From a virus (Duplodnaviria > Caudoviricetes), in IMG/VR virus record IMGVR_UViG_3300037485_001431, positions 1 through 54,229 of that record: a stretch of DNA of 54,229 nucleotides. The stretch is one strand, 5' to 3'. The notes below the pieces were generated by a model that was given only the letters and a program-made list of their open reading frames with translations, was not told the DNA's origin and searched no databases. Position 1 is the first letter of the stretch. Each line of letters begins with the position of its first letter. This document shows, piece after piece, positions 20,288 to 29,850 of this stretch. The position numbers and the translations under genes were made by a program.

Positions 20288-20749
20288 ATGGAAAAAATTA
20301 ACACATATGAAATAAATTGGAATTTAGTTTCTGAAGGACTTGGATTACCAATTGATAAAACAATAGAAATGTTTGATGATGGTAGAATCCTTGGGCGATT
20401 AGGTGAGTTTCTACATGAAAATTCCGAAAGTGGGGTAAGACAAAATGAAAATTCTTCTTTTGATGTTAAAGAAAAGGACAATACAAGAAGTGAAATTAGA
20501 ACTATAACAGATAAGGTTAGTTTTGCGTCATCCAAAGAAGTGGGGTATGGTAGAAAAGTCACTCAAGAAGGATTTATTGAAAAATTAAATTCTGTTGATA
20601 ATTTTATACTTATTGATAAAAGAAGAATTGAAGATGGGAAACTTGACACAATTAAATTAACTAACGAGGATGTGAAAAAATTACCGCTAGGTAAAAATAA
20701 ATCCATATCTAATAAAAAATTTTATAAACAATACGATGGAAATAAATAA
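20288..20749 (+). CDS. Hypothetical protein, possible PD-(D/E)XK-like endonuclease
   Basis: Start MEKINT lies 4 nt after TATGTTTG. GE...FDV...SEIRT motif. Overlaps the MTase start. Confidence 0.45.
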   Translation: MEKINTYEINWNLVSEGLGLPIDKTIEMFDDGRILGRLGEFLHENSESGVRQNENSSFDVKEKDNTRSEIRTITDKVSFASSKEVGYGRKVTQEGFIEKLNSVDNFILIDKRRIEDGKLDTIKLTNEDVKKLPLGKNKSISNKKFYKQYDGNK

Positions 20750-21539
20750 AATATATAATGAAAATTGTTTAGATACTTTATCTAAATTACCTGATAATAT
20801 AATTGATTTAACAGTGACTTCACCACCATATGATGATCTAAGAACTTATAATAACCATATTACGGGTAAAAAAACTGAATTTAATGGTTATTCATTTGAT
20901 TTTGAAACTATTGCGAAAGAATTATATAGAACAACAAAAAATGGTGGAATTGTTGTTTGGGTTGTTGGCGATGGAACTGAAAAGGGTAGTGAGACTGGAA
21001 CATCTTTTAGACAAGCCCTCTTTTTTAAAGAAATAGGATTTAATATTCATGATACTATGGTTTACATGAAGAATAATTTTTCTAATCCTTCATCAAATAG
21101 ATATCACCAAATATTTGAATATATGTTTGTCCTGTCAAAAGGAAAACCAAAAACATTTAACCCAATAAAAGACCGAAAAAATGTTTATGGCGGTCAAATT
21201 GGTAGTTGGGGTAAAAATACATCACGACAAGTAGATGGGTCCATGGTTGAAAGAAAGAAAAAAATTATTGAAGAATATGGTCAAAGATATAATGTTTGGA
21301 CTTATAAAACATCAAAAAATGGGCAAGAAGACGATATTGCGTATAAACATCCTGCAATATTCCCCATACAACTTGTTAAAGATCACATTATTAGTTGGAC
21401 AAATCCTGGAGATTTAATTTTTGATCCATTTATGGGTAGTGGAACTACAGCTAAGGCATCAATTCAAACTGATAGAAATTATTTGGGTTCTGAAATATCA
21501 GAAGAGTATTATGAGATTTGCTCAAAAAGAATTAAATAA
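20736..21539 (+). CDS. N4-C/N6-A DNA methyltransferase (beta class)
   Basis: TSPPY, HPAIFP, DPFMGSGTT. Confidence 0.9.
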   Translation: MEINKIYNENCLDTLSKLPDNIIDLTVTSPPYDDLRTYNNHITGKKTEFNGYSFDFETIAKELYRTTKNGGIVVWVVGDGTEKGSETGTSFRQALFFKEIGFNIHDTMVYMKNNFSNPSSNRYHQIFEYMFVLSKGKPKTFNPIKDRKNVYGGQIGSWGKNTSRQVDGSMVERKKKIIEEYGQRYNVWTYKTSKNGQEDDIAYKHPAIFPIQLVKDHIISWTNPGDLIFDPFMGSGTTAKASIQTDRNYLGSEISEEYYEICSKRIK

Positions 21540-21594
21540 TTAGAACTAATTCTAATTTTATCCGTATATTTGTAGAACAATCTAAAAAACACAT

Positions 21595-22122
21595 ATGAAT
21601 TACTTACTTTTTGTATATTACGACGACACAGTAGAAAACTCAGAAGAAAGAACAAATGACATTGGTGGTCAAATTTCTGATGTGATGACATCAAAAGAGA
21701 TTAAATTTATGTTTGGAGATAAACATGCAATTTTTCACTTCGCATCAGATTTATCTTTATTAGAAATGGGAGAATTAATGAACCTTATTTCAGACGAAAT
21801 CACAGGATTTGAGTTTTTCTTGACTCAAAAAACAAAAAACAACTTCTCAAACTTTCCTGAGGACAACTTAAATCATCTTTTGTCGTTAAGAAAGACGACA
21901 AAGAAAAAAACGCCTTTATCACCACCAAAACTAAGAACTAACGATATTAAGGGTGGTGAACCATTTTTTGATATTGCAGATCTAATCCTTAATTTTAAGA
22001 GACCTGAAGTTTGTAATCTAACGTTAGATGAATTGCTTGACAAAATGGTTGACGAAGGAAAAGACTCGCTAACAGACTTAGAGAAACAAAAATTAGACGA
22101 ATATTCAAAATCACTTAATTAA
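21595..22122 (+). CDS. Hypothetical protein with C-terminal DUF6576-like motif
   Basis: LDELLDKM...G.DSLT..EK..L at the C-terminus; TATATTTG upstream. Confidence 0.6.
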   Translation: MNYLLFVYYDDTVENSEERTNDIGGQISDVMTSKEIKFMFGDKHAIFHFASDLSLLEMGELMNLISDEITGFEFFLTQKTKNNFSNFPEDNLNHLLSLRKTTKKKTPLSPPKLRTNDIKGGEPFFDIADLILNFKRPEVCNLTLDELLDKMVDEGKDSLTDLEKQKLDEYSKSLN

Positions 22123-22126
22123 AAAT

Positions 22127-22927
22127 ATGAAGGACAAAAACACGAGTGCCCCTATCAATCAGGATGAGATTTACCACTACCTTAAAGACATTAGAAAAAT
22201 TAAGGTAATGACCGCAGAACGAGAACGTGAGTTGGCAAAACGAATGAAGTCTGATGACCTTACGGTTATAGAGAAACATGACATTGAGCAAGAACTCTTA
22301 ACAGGTAATCTACGTTTTGTTATCACGGTGGCAAAACAATACCAAAATCAAGGTTTGGATTTATCGGATCTTATTGCTGAAGGTAATTTAGGTTTGATGA
22401 AAGCGATTAAAAACTTTGATTGGAACAAAGACCTAAGATTTATATCTTATGCTGTCTGGTGGGTTAAACAATCTATCATACAATCGCTTAACGACAACTC
22501 AAGAACTATTCGTCTCCCGGTGAATGTGGTTCAGGACCTTCACAGAGCAAAGAAAGAACTTGAACAGAGTGGTAAGAAACTTGAAGATAAGTTTGCGACC
22601 CTACCTTCAATTATTGATTTGGATATGAATATTAACGAGGAAGGCGACACACTTATTGATATGATTGAGAATAAAGATGCTGAAGCTCCTGACGCAGCAT
22701 TTCACACAAAAGACCTTCTTAAAGATAAATTGTTTTCTTTATTGGATGTACTTGACGAGAGAGAAAAGGTTATTGTGGGTGATTACTTTGGTCTTACAGG
22801 AACACCTCGTACTTTGGAGGACATCGGATCTGACTTCGGTTTAACGAAAGAACGTGTCCGTCAAATTAAAGAGAAAGCACTTCGTAGATTACGAAATGAT
22901 TGTAGTGAATTATTTGACTATTTATAG
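22127..22927 (+). CDS. rpoD: RNA polymerase sigma70 factor (Bacteroidota RpoD-like, no region 1.1)
   Basis: NLRFVITVAKQYQNQG, DLIAEGNLGL, RFISYAVWW, RTIRLP, TLEDIG..FGLTKERVRQIKEKALRRL. Confidence 0.9.
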   Translation: MKDKNTSAPINQDEIYHYLKDIRKIKVMTAERERELAKRMKSDDLTVIEKHDIEQELLTGNLRFVITVAKQYQNQGLDLSDLIAEGNLGLMKAIKNFDWNKDLRFISYAVWWVKQSIIQSLNDNSRTIRLPVNVVQDLHRAKKELEQSGKKLEDKFATLPSIIDLDMNINEEGDTLIDMIENKDAEAPDAAFHTKDLLKDKLFSLLDVLDEREKVIVGDYFGLTGTPRTLEDIGSDFGLTKERVRQIKEKALRRLRNDCSELFDYL

Positions 22928-22960
22928 TAATAGATCTACCTGTCAGAATACATTTAGAAC

Positions 22961-22989
22961 AACCACGGTCAGAATACCGTGGTTTTTTT
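22961..22989 (+). terminator. Rho-independent terminator
   Basis: AACCACGGT-CAGAAT-ACCGTGGTT plus T-run. Confidence 0.8.
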
Positions 22990-23083
22990 ATGCAATTATT
23001 TGCAATTGACCTTTTTTGTTTATAAGGGTTTCTATTTCCTTATAGATATTTTTTTAGGATATTTATCAAATAAAACAATTTAA

Positions 23084-24331
23084 ATGAACAAGAAATTTTT
23101 ACCCTGGTTTTTACTATTCTGTGCTATTGGTCTTTCAGGTACGGCAGCATATTATAGTGTTGTAGGTTTATCAATCATATTCTCTGCAGTTGCTCTCCCC
23201 GTTATTATAATGGGATCATTTTTGGAGATATCAAAAATTGCGATTGCAACATACCTTCACGATAAATGGAAGGAAACATATGGATTATTAAAGATCTATT
23301 TAACCATCGCGTTGGTTACACTATCAGTGTTAACCTCAATCGGTATTTACGGATTATTATCAACAGGATTCCAAAAGAACATTGCGGGACTTGAGATCAA
23401 TAACAAATTGATTGATAATATTGAGGTTAAGAAAACACGATTTGAGGAAATAAAAGGTGATTATCAAAAAGAGAAAGAAGGTTTGGATAAAGACATTACC
23501 AACCTTAGAAACGCCTTATCCAGCAACACAACAACCCAAAGTATTGATAGAAACACAGGTCAGGTTATTACTCGCGCAAATGGTGGCAATAGAAAGGCAT
23601 TTGAGTCTCAGTTGAATGTTGCTCAATTAAATAGAGATGGTATATCCAAAAAGATTGAGGGACTTAACGATAGTATTACACGATTGGATATGGAAGTCTT
23701 AGATCTTGCGTCCGCTGAGATTGAATCTGGTGAGTTGGGAGCTATTAAATATTTAAGTGAGATTACGGGATGGGATATTAAAAAGACTGCAAACTTTTTC
23801 ATTTTAATGTTAGTATTTGTATTTGATCCATTGGCGATTGCTTTGGTAATTTCTACAAACCAAGCATTTAAAAATATTAGAAGAAAAGAAGATGAAGATG
23901 AGGTTAAACCCGAATATGAGGAATACCCACATCAAGACGAAGTTGAGATTCCCGAAAGTTATTTAACCTATGTCACCCCCCAAGTAACCCCCCAAGTAAC
24001 CCCCCAAGTTGAGCCACAAATTATTGAGAGAATTGTTGAGGTCCCTGTTGAGGTCATTAAAGAAGTTGAGAAAATTGTTGAGGTTCCTGTGGATAGAATT
24101 GTTGAGGTAGTTAGAGAAGTACCCGTAGATAGGGTAGTTGAGATTGAAAGACAAGTTGAAGTCCCCGTTGATAGAATAGTGGAAGTGGAAAAGATTATTG
24201 AGGTACCATTCAAATACTATGTGAATGATAACGGTGACATTTTTGACGAACAAGGAAGTCAGGTTGACGAAAGAATATTCAATAAAAAATTGGAAGAACT
24301 TGAAAAAAGAATATTAACATATAAAAAGTAA
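23084..24331 (+). CDS. Multi-pass membrane protein with coiled coil and VEVPV repeats
   Basis: Three N-terminal TM segments, coiled coil, TM (FVFDPLAIAL), (VTPQ)x3 and IVEVPV repeats. Confidence 0.75.
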   Translation: MNKKFLPWFLLFCAIGLSGTAAYYSVVGLSIIFSAVALPVIIMGSFLEISKIAIATYLHDKWKETYGLLKIYLTIALVTLSVLTSIGIYGLLSTGFQKNIAGLEINNKLIDNIEVKKTRFEEIKGDYQKEKEGLDKDITNLRNALSSNTTTQSIDRNTGQVITRANGGNRKAFESQLNVAQLNRDGISKKIEGLNDSITRLDMEVLDLASAEIESGELGAIKYLSEITGWDIKKTANFFILMLVFVFDPLAIALVISTNQAFKNIRRKEDEDEVKPEYEEYPHQDEVEIPESYLTYVTPQVTPQVTPQVEPQIIERIVEVPVEVIKEVEKIVEVPVDRIVEVVREVPVDRVVEIERQVEVPVDRIVEVEKIIEVPFKYYVNDNGDIFDEQGSQVDERIFNKKLEELEKRILTYKK

Positions 24332-24334
24332 TAT

Positions 24335-24928
24335 ATGGAACTTATTGAGAAAGTGGTTGAGAATAACTTTAAGAAGGGGGGTAAAAAAACTCAGATAGTT
24401 CTTACCCACACCTCAAGAAACTTATTTGATTATGTAACATCTATTAAGTTTAGATTTGGTGGTAAACCAATAAAATTACCACATTATTTAATCGGTAAAG
24501 ATGGTAAGGTCTTAAATGTTTTAGAGGACGATAAAAATGGAAAATACCTCAGCTCAGAGAAGGTAAATAACAAATCTATTGTCATTTGTTTAGAAAATTT
24601 GGGTTGGCTTGAAAAACAACCCCTAAAAAACTATCACATAAACTGGATTGGGAGTATTTATAGAGAAAAAGTTTTTGATCGTAAGTGGAGAGATTACTTT
24701 TTTTGGGATCCATATACAGACATTCAGTTGGAAAAAGCGGCTGAGTTATGTAAAGAACTCTCAGAAAAACACGGAATCTCACTTCAATGTATAGGACACA
24801 ACACAAAGATTAAGGGTGTTGATTCTTACTTTGGTATAATCACAAGATCAAACTTTGACGAGTTTGCCACCGACATAAGTCCGGCATTTGATTTTGAAAA
24901 ATTTTTAAAACTATTAAAAAATGAATAG
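24335..24928 (+). CDS. N-acetylmuramoyl-L-alanine amidase-like protein (Amidase_2)
   Basis: IVLTHT, HYLIGKDG, SIVICLEN, YTDIQ, DISPAFD. Zn ligands look partly divergent. Confidence 0.7.
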   Translation: MELIEKVVENNFKKGGKKTQIVLTHTSRNLFDYVTSIKFRFGGKPIKLPHYLIGKDGKVLNVLEDDKNGKYLSSEKVNNKSIVICLENLGWLEKQPLKNYHINWIGSIYREKVFDRKWRDYFFWDPYTDIQLEKAAELCKELSEKHGISLQCIGHNTKIKGVDSYFGIITRSNFDEFATDISPAFDFEKFLKLLKNE

Positions 24929-25526
24929 ATACGATGAAATTAGATCTTTAGTGGAAGCATCTAGAAAGGCATTAAATAAAAGAACGTTGAGTGAAGTTGA
25001 GGATATCAGAAGAACTCACGGTTTTTTACTTGAACAAGATATGGGCCCTGAGGATGAGGCAACTGAAACTGACACAGAATTAGATCAGGATGATGAGTAT
25101 GAAACAGCACCAAAAGATTCTGATGAAATTGGTAAAAAAACCGACAAACAAAAGGCATATAAAGTAATGAACGATATCATCGTTTTACATGGTAAAGATA
25201 AATCAAGCTTACAATTAACAACAGACGAAAAAAATGCATTCACTTCAAGTATGGACGAGTTCAGACAAGAAGTTGCAGAAATCGTTGATTTTGGTAAATT
25301 AAATGTGTACCAAGAAAATGTTGAATGGAATGGTAAAATTAAAGAATTGGATTTAGAGTTTTTCTTTACGATTGATGAAACTGATGGTTTATACATCAAT
25401 GGTCAAATGATACATATTGACCAAGATTATATTGAGATGGTTGCTAAATTACAAGGGTATTACCAAAAGTTCAAAACTAAATGGAGTAAAGTAATTGCAT
25501 CAAGACAAACAAGTGACGCGGAATGA
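24921..25526 (+). CDS. Acidic hypothetical protein
   Basis: Coupled ORF with LVE/LSE/LLEQ N-terminal motifs. Confidence 0.7.
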   Translation: MNRYDEIRSLVEASRKALNKRTLSEVEDIRRTHGFLLEQDMGPEDEATETDTELDQDDEYETAPKDSDEIGKKTDKQKAYKVMNDIIVLHGKDKSSLQLTTDEKNAFTSSMDEFRQEVAEIVDFGKLNVYQENVEWNGKIKELDLEFFFTIDETDGLYINGQMIHIDQDYIEMVAKLQGYYQKFKTKWSKVIASRQTSDAE

Positions 25527-25876
25527 AAAACTTTTTAATTAAAAATTGGAAAAATGTTGTTCTTGGATTATTGGGAATAATATTTATTTATCTACTTGTT
25601 AGAGTATTAACACCGGCAAAAGACATGTCAGAGTTAAACAAATACAAATTAGAACAATTAGATAAACACATAAATGAAATGAAAGAACTTCAGAAAAGTT
25701 TAAGTGACTCAATTCAAGCCTACGAGAATAAGATTGATCAAATTGACGATAAAATATCTCACATAAAAATTGAAAAAAAAGAAGTTAACAATTTTTACAC
25801 AGAGAAAAAAGAAGAAATAAAAAGTGCTGACAAAAAACAAATTGACAGCCTATTAAGAAAAAGATACGGATTCTAA
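25523..25876 (+). CDS. N-terminal TM + coiled-coil protein (spanin-like)
   Basis: One TM then heptads; downstream of the amidase. Confidence 0.5.
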   Translation: MKNFLIKNWKNVVLGLLGIIFIYLLVRVLTPAKDMSELNKYKLEQLDKHINEMKELQKSLSDSIQAYENKIDQIDDKISHIKIEKKEVNNFYTEKKEEIKSADKKQIDSLLRKRYGF

Positions 25877-25877
25877 T

Positions 25878-26291
25878 ATGAAAAAATTGATTATGTTATT
25901 TTCCTTTTTGATGGTCACATCTTTAACGATGGCACAGAAAGGTATTGAGGACACATCAGAAATGTGTATGCCGTATTCGGTGGCTCAAAAAATCCTTCTT
26001 GATTTGAACGACTATGATAGAGTTAAGCAAATTAACGCTTTAAATGAAAAAGAAATTAAAGAATTAAATAATAAGATCATTTATCAAGAAAAGATAATAA
26101 TGACTTGGGAGGAAAAAGATTCTATTAACGGTGTTATCATTGCAAAAACGGAAGAGAAAGTTGAAATTTATAAAGAGGAGAATAAAACTTTGGCTAAAGA
26201 GAATAAAAGACTAAAAACCAAAAACACTTTATTCACAATCATATCAGGAGCGATTATCGCACCATTAACTTATTTATCGGTATTTAAATAA
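25878..26291 (+). CDS. Signal peptide + coiled coil + C-terminal TM protein (spanin-like partner)
   Basis: MKKLIMLFSFLMVTSLTMA|Q signal and hydrophobic C-terminus. Confidence 0.5.
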   Translation: MKKLIMLFSFLMVTSLTMAQKGIEDTSEMCMPYSVAQKILLDLNDYDRVKQINALNEKEIKELNNKIIYQEKIIMTWEEKDSINGVIIAKTEEKVEIYKEENKTLAKENKRLKTKNTLFTIISGAIIAPLTYLSVFK

Positions 26292-26536
26292 TGGCATTAA
26301 GCTCAACAGAAAAAAAAGAAATTGAAGTTTTAATCAGAAAAGAGATTAAAGACTTTATGGGGTCAACAACCGCAAAACAATTTGAGGATAAATTGATGAA
26401 TAAAATATCAAAAGATATTCAAAGAGGTAAATTAGAAAAAGACGTTAAAGAGGTCATAATCAAATCTTTCCGAGAATTTTATACGTTGATGTATCAACAA
26501 AGAAGTTTTTGGGAATCTAAATTCAGAAATGCGTAA
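26291..26536 (+). CDS. Hypothetical protein
   Basis: TAATG coupling at both ends. Confidence 0.7.
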   Translation: MALSSTEKKEIEVLIRKEIKDFMGSTTAKQFEDKLMNKISKDIQRGKLEKDVKEVIIKSFREFYTLMYQQRSFWESKFRNA

Positions 26537-27297
26537 TGGAAGATGTAATTCAAAAAATGAAAGATGGTATAACAAGTAAACTTGCAGGAGAACCTGAAGC
26601 AAGAAGAGATACCCTTAAAGCATTCCAAAACTTGGATGAGGCTGACGATATGAGTCATTTTTTGGATTATTTAAAAGATAAGAATCAAATTGGTGAGATT
26701 TATCAAGTAATTAAAAACAGAAAATTATCAAATAACGAAATTAAAAAAAGATTAAGAACATACCTAAAAGACCCTGAACATTTAAGGGATTTTTTAAGCG
26801 CAATTTTAAATTCAAAAGGAACTAAAAAAAGTGAGGAAAAAGAGGCAACAGGATCAGGTAGTGCTGGTGGATTTGAAGCTCCATTATTCTCAACAACTAA
26901 GGGTGATCTTGTTACCGGTGTTAAAACCGTTAGGGAACAATTAGAAACAACTGAAATGGCCGAAGAAGGTGAAGATGTTGTTAAAGCTGAAACTAAAGAA
27001 GCAACCGGATCATCATCATCAGGACAATATAATCAACCATCAATATGGGCAAAATCAATGAGTAAGAAAGATTTTAGAGGTTATTCTAAAACACAACTAC
27101 CTGGTGGTAAATTCGTACAAGTTAAGGAGAAATGTAAAAAATTCCCATACTGTAATCAAGGTGACATAAAGGCTCTTAAAATATTTGAAAACGAGTCTGT
27201 ACAAAATGCGATAGAGAGTGTCTCGGGCAAGTATAACCTGGATAAAGAGTATATTTCTGAAATTGTGTATCAACAAATCAGAAAAAGACAAAAATAA
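26536..27297 (+). CDS. Hypothetical protein with duplicated KEATGS.S.G motif
   Basis: EKEATGSGSAG and TKEATGSSSSG; CKKFPYCNQG. Confidence 0.7.
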   Translation: MEDVIQKMKDGITSKLAGEPEARRDTLKAFQNLDEADDMSHFLDYLKDKNQIGEIYQVIKNRKLSNNEIKKRLRTYLKDPEHLRDFLSAILNSKGTKKSEEKEATGSGSAGGFEAPLFSTTKGDLVTGVKTVREQLETTEMAEEGEDVVKAETKEATGSSSSGQYNQPSIWAKSMSKKDFRGYSKTQLPGGKFVQVKEKCKKFPYCNQGDIKALKIFENESVQNAIESVSGKYNLDKEYISEIVYQQIRKRQK

Positions 27298-27323
27298 AGA
27301 TATTTATTAGAAAAACAAAAAAG

Positions 27324-28907
27324 ATGAACAAACGTGATTACATCCAATCAAGAATAGAAAAAATCTTGAAAGAAAACATAGATGAGAAGGCAGACGCAAT
27401 CTTACAAAGATTAAACTATAAAAAAGAAGCACCATTTAATCCAGAAGGTAGTCCATTTGATTATGTTCAAGAGGGAGATGGTGAAACTTGCGAACAATGT
27501 GGTAGTGAAATGAAAGAAGGTGAAGCTTGTGAACAATGTGGGGCAAAGGGTGAAGTTATGGAACTTGGTGGTATGGATGACGGACACCCAAGATTTGGAA
27601 ACAAAAACTTATCTAAAATATCTAAAGATGAATTAGATGCAATATTACATGGTGATGACGAAGAAGAAGAATTTGATTTTGAGGACAATGACGACGATGA
27701 GTGGGAAGATTTAGATTATGAAACTAATTGGGATGAATTAGAAGAAAATGAATTGGAAGAAAAACTTTACGGTGGACAAAATAAGTTAGATAAAAATAAA
27801 AACGGAAGATTGGATTCTGAGGACTTTAAAATGTTAAGAAGTAAAGAAATGAAAGAAAAACTTTACGGTAGACAATCTAATTTAGATAAAAATAAAAACG
27901 GAAGATTGGATTCTGAAGACTTTAAAATGTTAAGAAGAAAAAAACACATTGAAGAATATACTATGGGTGATGACGATATTGAATCGGTTAAAGCTTATGG
28001 TGATGACTCAACAGATAGTCCAAATATTACCCCAAAAAATTTATCAAGAGCCAGAGTTAAAAATGTTGGTGACAAATACCAAAGAAAAGTATCTAAAGAA
28101 TTTGATGACTACGAAAGTGAACAACAAGAAGGTGCCTTATATGAGATTGAAATTGAAAGAACAAACGGTAAGGAATCCGCATTATTTACTGAATCCGAAG
28201 TTATTGATATGATTGAAAAAATCATTAGAGAACAAGCGAAAAAATTTAAAGCGGGAAAACAACCTCGTGGATATACTGAATACGAAAGAGTTCACAAAGC
28301 AGACAAAAAAGAGGAAGATGATTACATGAAACTTTTAGCTAAAAAAATGAAAGATTATTTGAAAGATTCAACTAAAGGTGAATTTAAAGAAAATCCTGAA
28401 AAGTACCCTCAAACTAATTACGATATTGATAAAGATGCTAAGGTTAAAAAATACACACCATCCCAAGCGGTTGATGATTACCAAGATGCATTCTCTTACC
28501 CTGGTATGACAAACTTAGTATACGATGAGATCAAACCAAATGATAAAAATATTGAGAAATATTTGAAGGGTGATAGTACAACAGGAAACGCTCAAGTTGA
28601 TAAAGATGGTAAGGCGTTAGGTAATGTGGTACCAAGTGAAGTAGGTGAGAAATTCTATAAAAACTATAAAGAAAATCTTTACGGTCAAGAACAACAAGAT
28701 GCTTCATATAAGAGACAACCACAACCTGTTGATCAGGCTGGTGAAGATACTGAAAGAGGTTCATTAAAGTCTAAGAGAGGTAAAAAGACATCACAATCAG
28801 TTTTAAATAAACTTGAAGAAGGTGTTAATGACAAAGAAACTCAAAAGTTAACTGAGGAATTTGACAGAATGAAATCGTTAATGGGTTATACAGATAAGAC
28901 TCAATAA
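27324..28907 (+). CDS. Acidic protein with CEQC repeats and two EF-hand-like repeats (possible head core/internal protein)
   Basis: CEQCG x2; LDKNKNGRLDSEDFKMLR x2; TATTTAT upstream. Confidence 0.7.
   Translation: MNKRDYIQSRIEKILKENIDEKADAILQRLNYKKEAPFNPEGSPFDYVQEGDGETCEQCGSEMKEGEACEQCGAKGEVMELGGMDDGHPRFGNKNLSKISKDELDAILHGDDEEEEFDFEDNDDDEWEDLDYETNWDELEENELEEKLYGGQNKLDKNKNGRLDSEDFKMLRSKEMKEKLYGRQSNLDKNKNGRLDSEDFKMLRRKKHIEEYTMGDDDIESVKAYGDDSTDSPNITPKNLSRARVKNVGDKYQRKVSKEFDDYESEQQEGALYEIEIERTNGKESALFTESEVIDMIEKIIREQAKKFKAGKQPRGYTEYERVHKADKKEEDDYMKLLAKKMKDYLKDSTKGEFKENPEKYPQTNYDIDKDAKVKKYTPSQAVDDYQDAFSYPGMTNLVYDEIKPNDKNIEKYLKGDSTTGNAQVDKDGKALGNVVPSEVGEKFYKNYKENLYGQEQQDASYKRQPQPVDQAGEDTERGSLKSKRGKKTSQSVLNKLEEGVNDKETQKLTEEFDRMKSLMGYTDKTQ
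27759..27937 (+). repeat. 96-nt period coding duplication
   Basis: GAAAAACTTTACGGT...TTAGATAAAAATAAAAACGGAAGATTGGATTCTGA at 27759 and 27855. Confidence 0.9.
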
Positions 28908-28955
28908 TTTACAAATAGTAAGTTATATCCTATAATTTTTTCATAGTCAAAAACT

Positions 28956-29423
28956 ATGGATAATTTTCTAAACTACATAACAAAACATTTAGACCCTGAA
29001 CAAGTTGATATCTGGTTCAGGGTTAATAATATTATACCGGAAAAGATGGAGTTGTATTACGAACTATCTTATTCGTTATATCTTTTAATTTCGGGTACCT
29101 ACTTAGGTAGTTCTGATGATGGTACAGAAACAAAGGTTAAGATGGATCAGTTGGACAATCAAAAACACTTTGATTGGTGTTGGGACAGAACCATTAACAA
29201 TTTCAAAAAGGAAAATATAATATTTGGAGAAAGAGGTGAACACTATGATTACTTCAGATCGTTCTTCAACGACATTTTTTATAATCAAGATAAGGTAACA
29301 ATAAAAAATTCAATAGACGTATTTTTTGACGATCTATTTAATCGGGATAAACCATTTACTCAGGTTGATTTAGATTTGATTTTCAATATCTATAAAACTT
29401 TAGACAAAAATCTTATCCTATAA
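28956..29423 (+). CDS. Hypothetical protein
   Basis: 155-aa ORF, co-oriented. Confidence 0.7.
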   Translation: MDNFLNYITKHLDPEQVDIWFRVNNIIPEKMELYYELSYSLYLLISGTYLGSSDDGTETKVKMDQLDNQKHFDWCWDRTINNFKKENIIFGERGEHYDYFRSFFNDIFYNQDKVTIKNSIDVFFDDLFNRDKPFTQVDLDLIFNIYKTLDKNLIL

Positions 29424-29482
29424 ACTTTACAAATTGGGTTTAACACCTATTGTAATACAAATAAACAGTAATTTTTATAGAA

Positions 29483-29653
29483 ATGGAAACATTAGAAAAA
29501 ATTAAAGAACTAACTGAGCAATTGAGTGCGGATGTAAATAAATTCTATGCAGGTAATAATAGTGCTGGTACAAGAGCTAGAAAAACTTCACAAGAATTGA
29601 AAAATCTTATTCAAACACTTAGGACAGAAATCTTAGAAGAAAGAAAAAAATAA
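29483..29653 (+). CDS. Unlisted 56-aa Hc1-like (histone H1-like) nucleoid protein
   Basis: METLEKIKELTEQLSADVNKFYAGNNSAGTRARKTSQELKNLIQTLRTEILEERKK; GN..AGTRARK signature. Confidence 0.75.
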   Translation: METLEKIKELTEQLSADVNKFYAGNNSAGTRARKTSQELKNLIQTLRTEILEERKK

Positions 29654-29655
29654 TT

Positions 29656-29850
29656 ATGTTAAAATTGGATACCTTATTTTTATTTGTGTTTGTACTATCT
29701 ACAATATTTTTATTTAACGTTATTTTTAAAGTTGTAGCCTCAATCTTGAGTAGTGTACCCAAACAAATACAGTACGACACATTGGAAAGGGTATCCAATT
29801 ATTTTTTCATATCTTATTTTATAACCTATTTAATTATTAACATAATATGA
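29656..29850 (+). CDS. Small two-TM membrane protein
   Basis: Two hydrophobic segments; ATGA overlap downstream. Confidence 0.6.
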   Translation: MLKLDTLFLFVFVLSTIFLFNVIFKVVASILSSVPKQIQYDTLERVSNYFFISYFITYLIINII

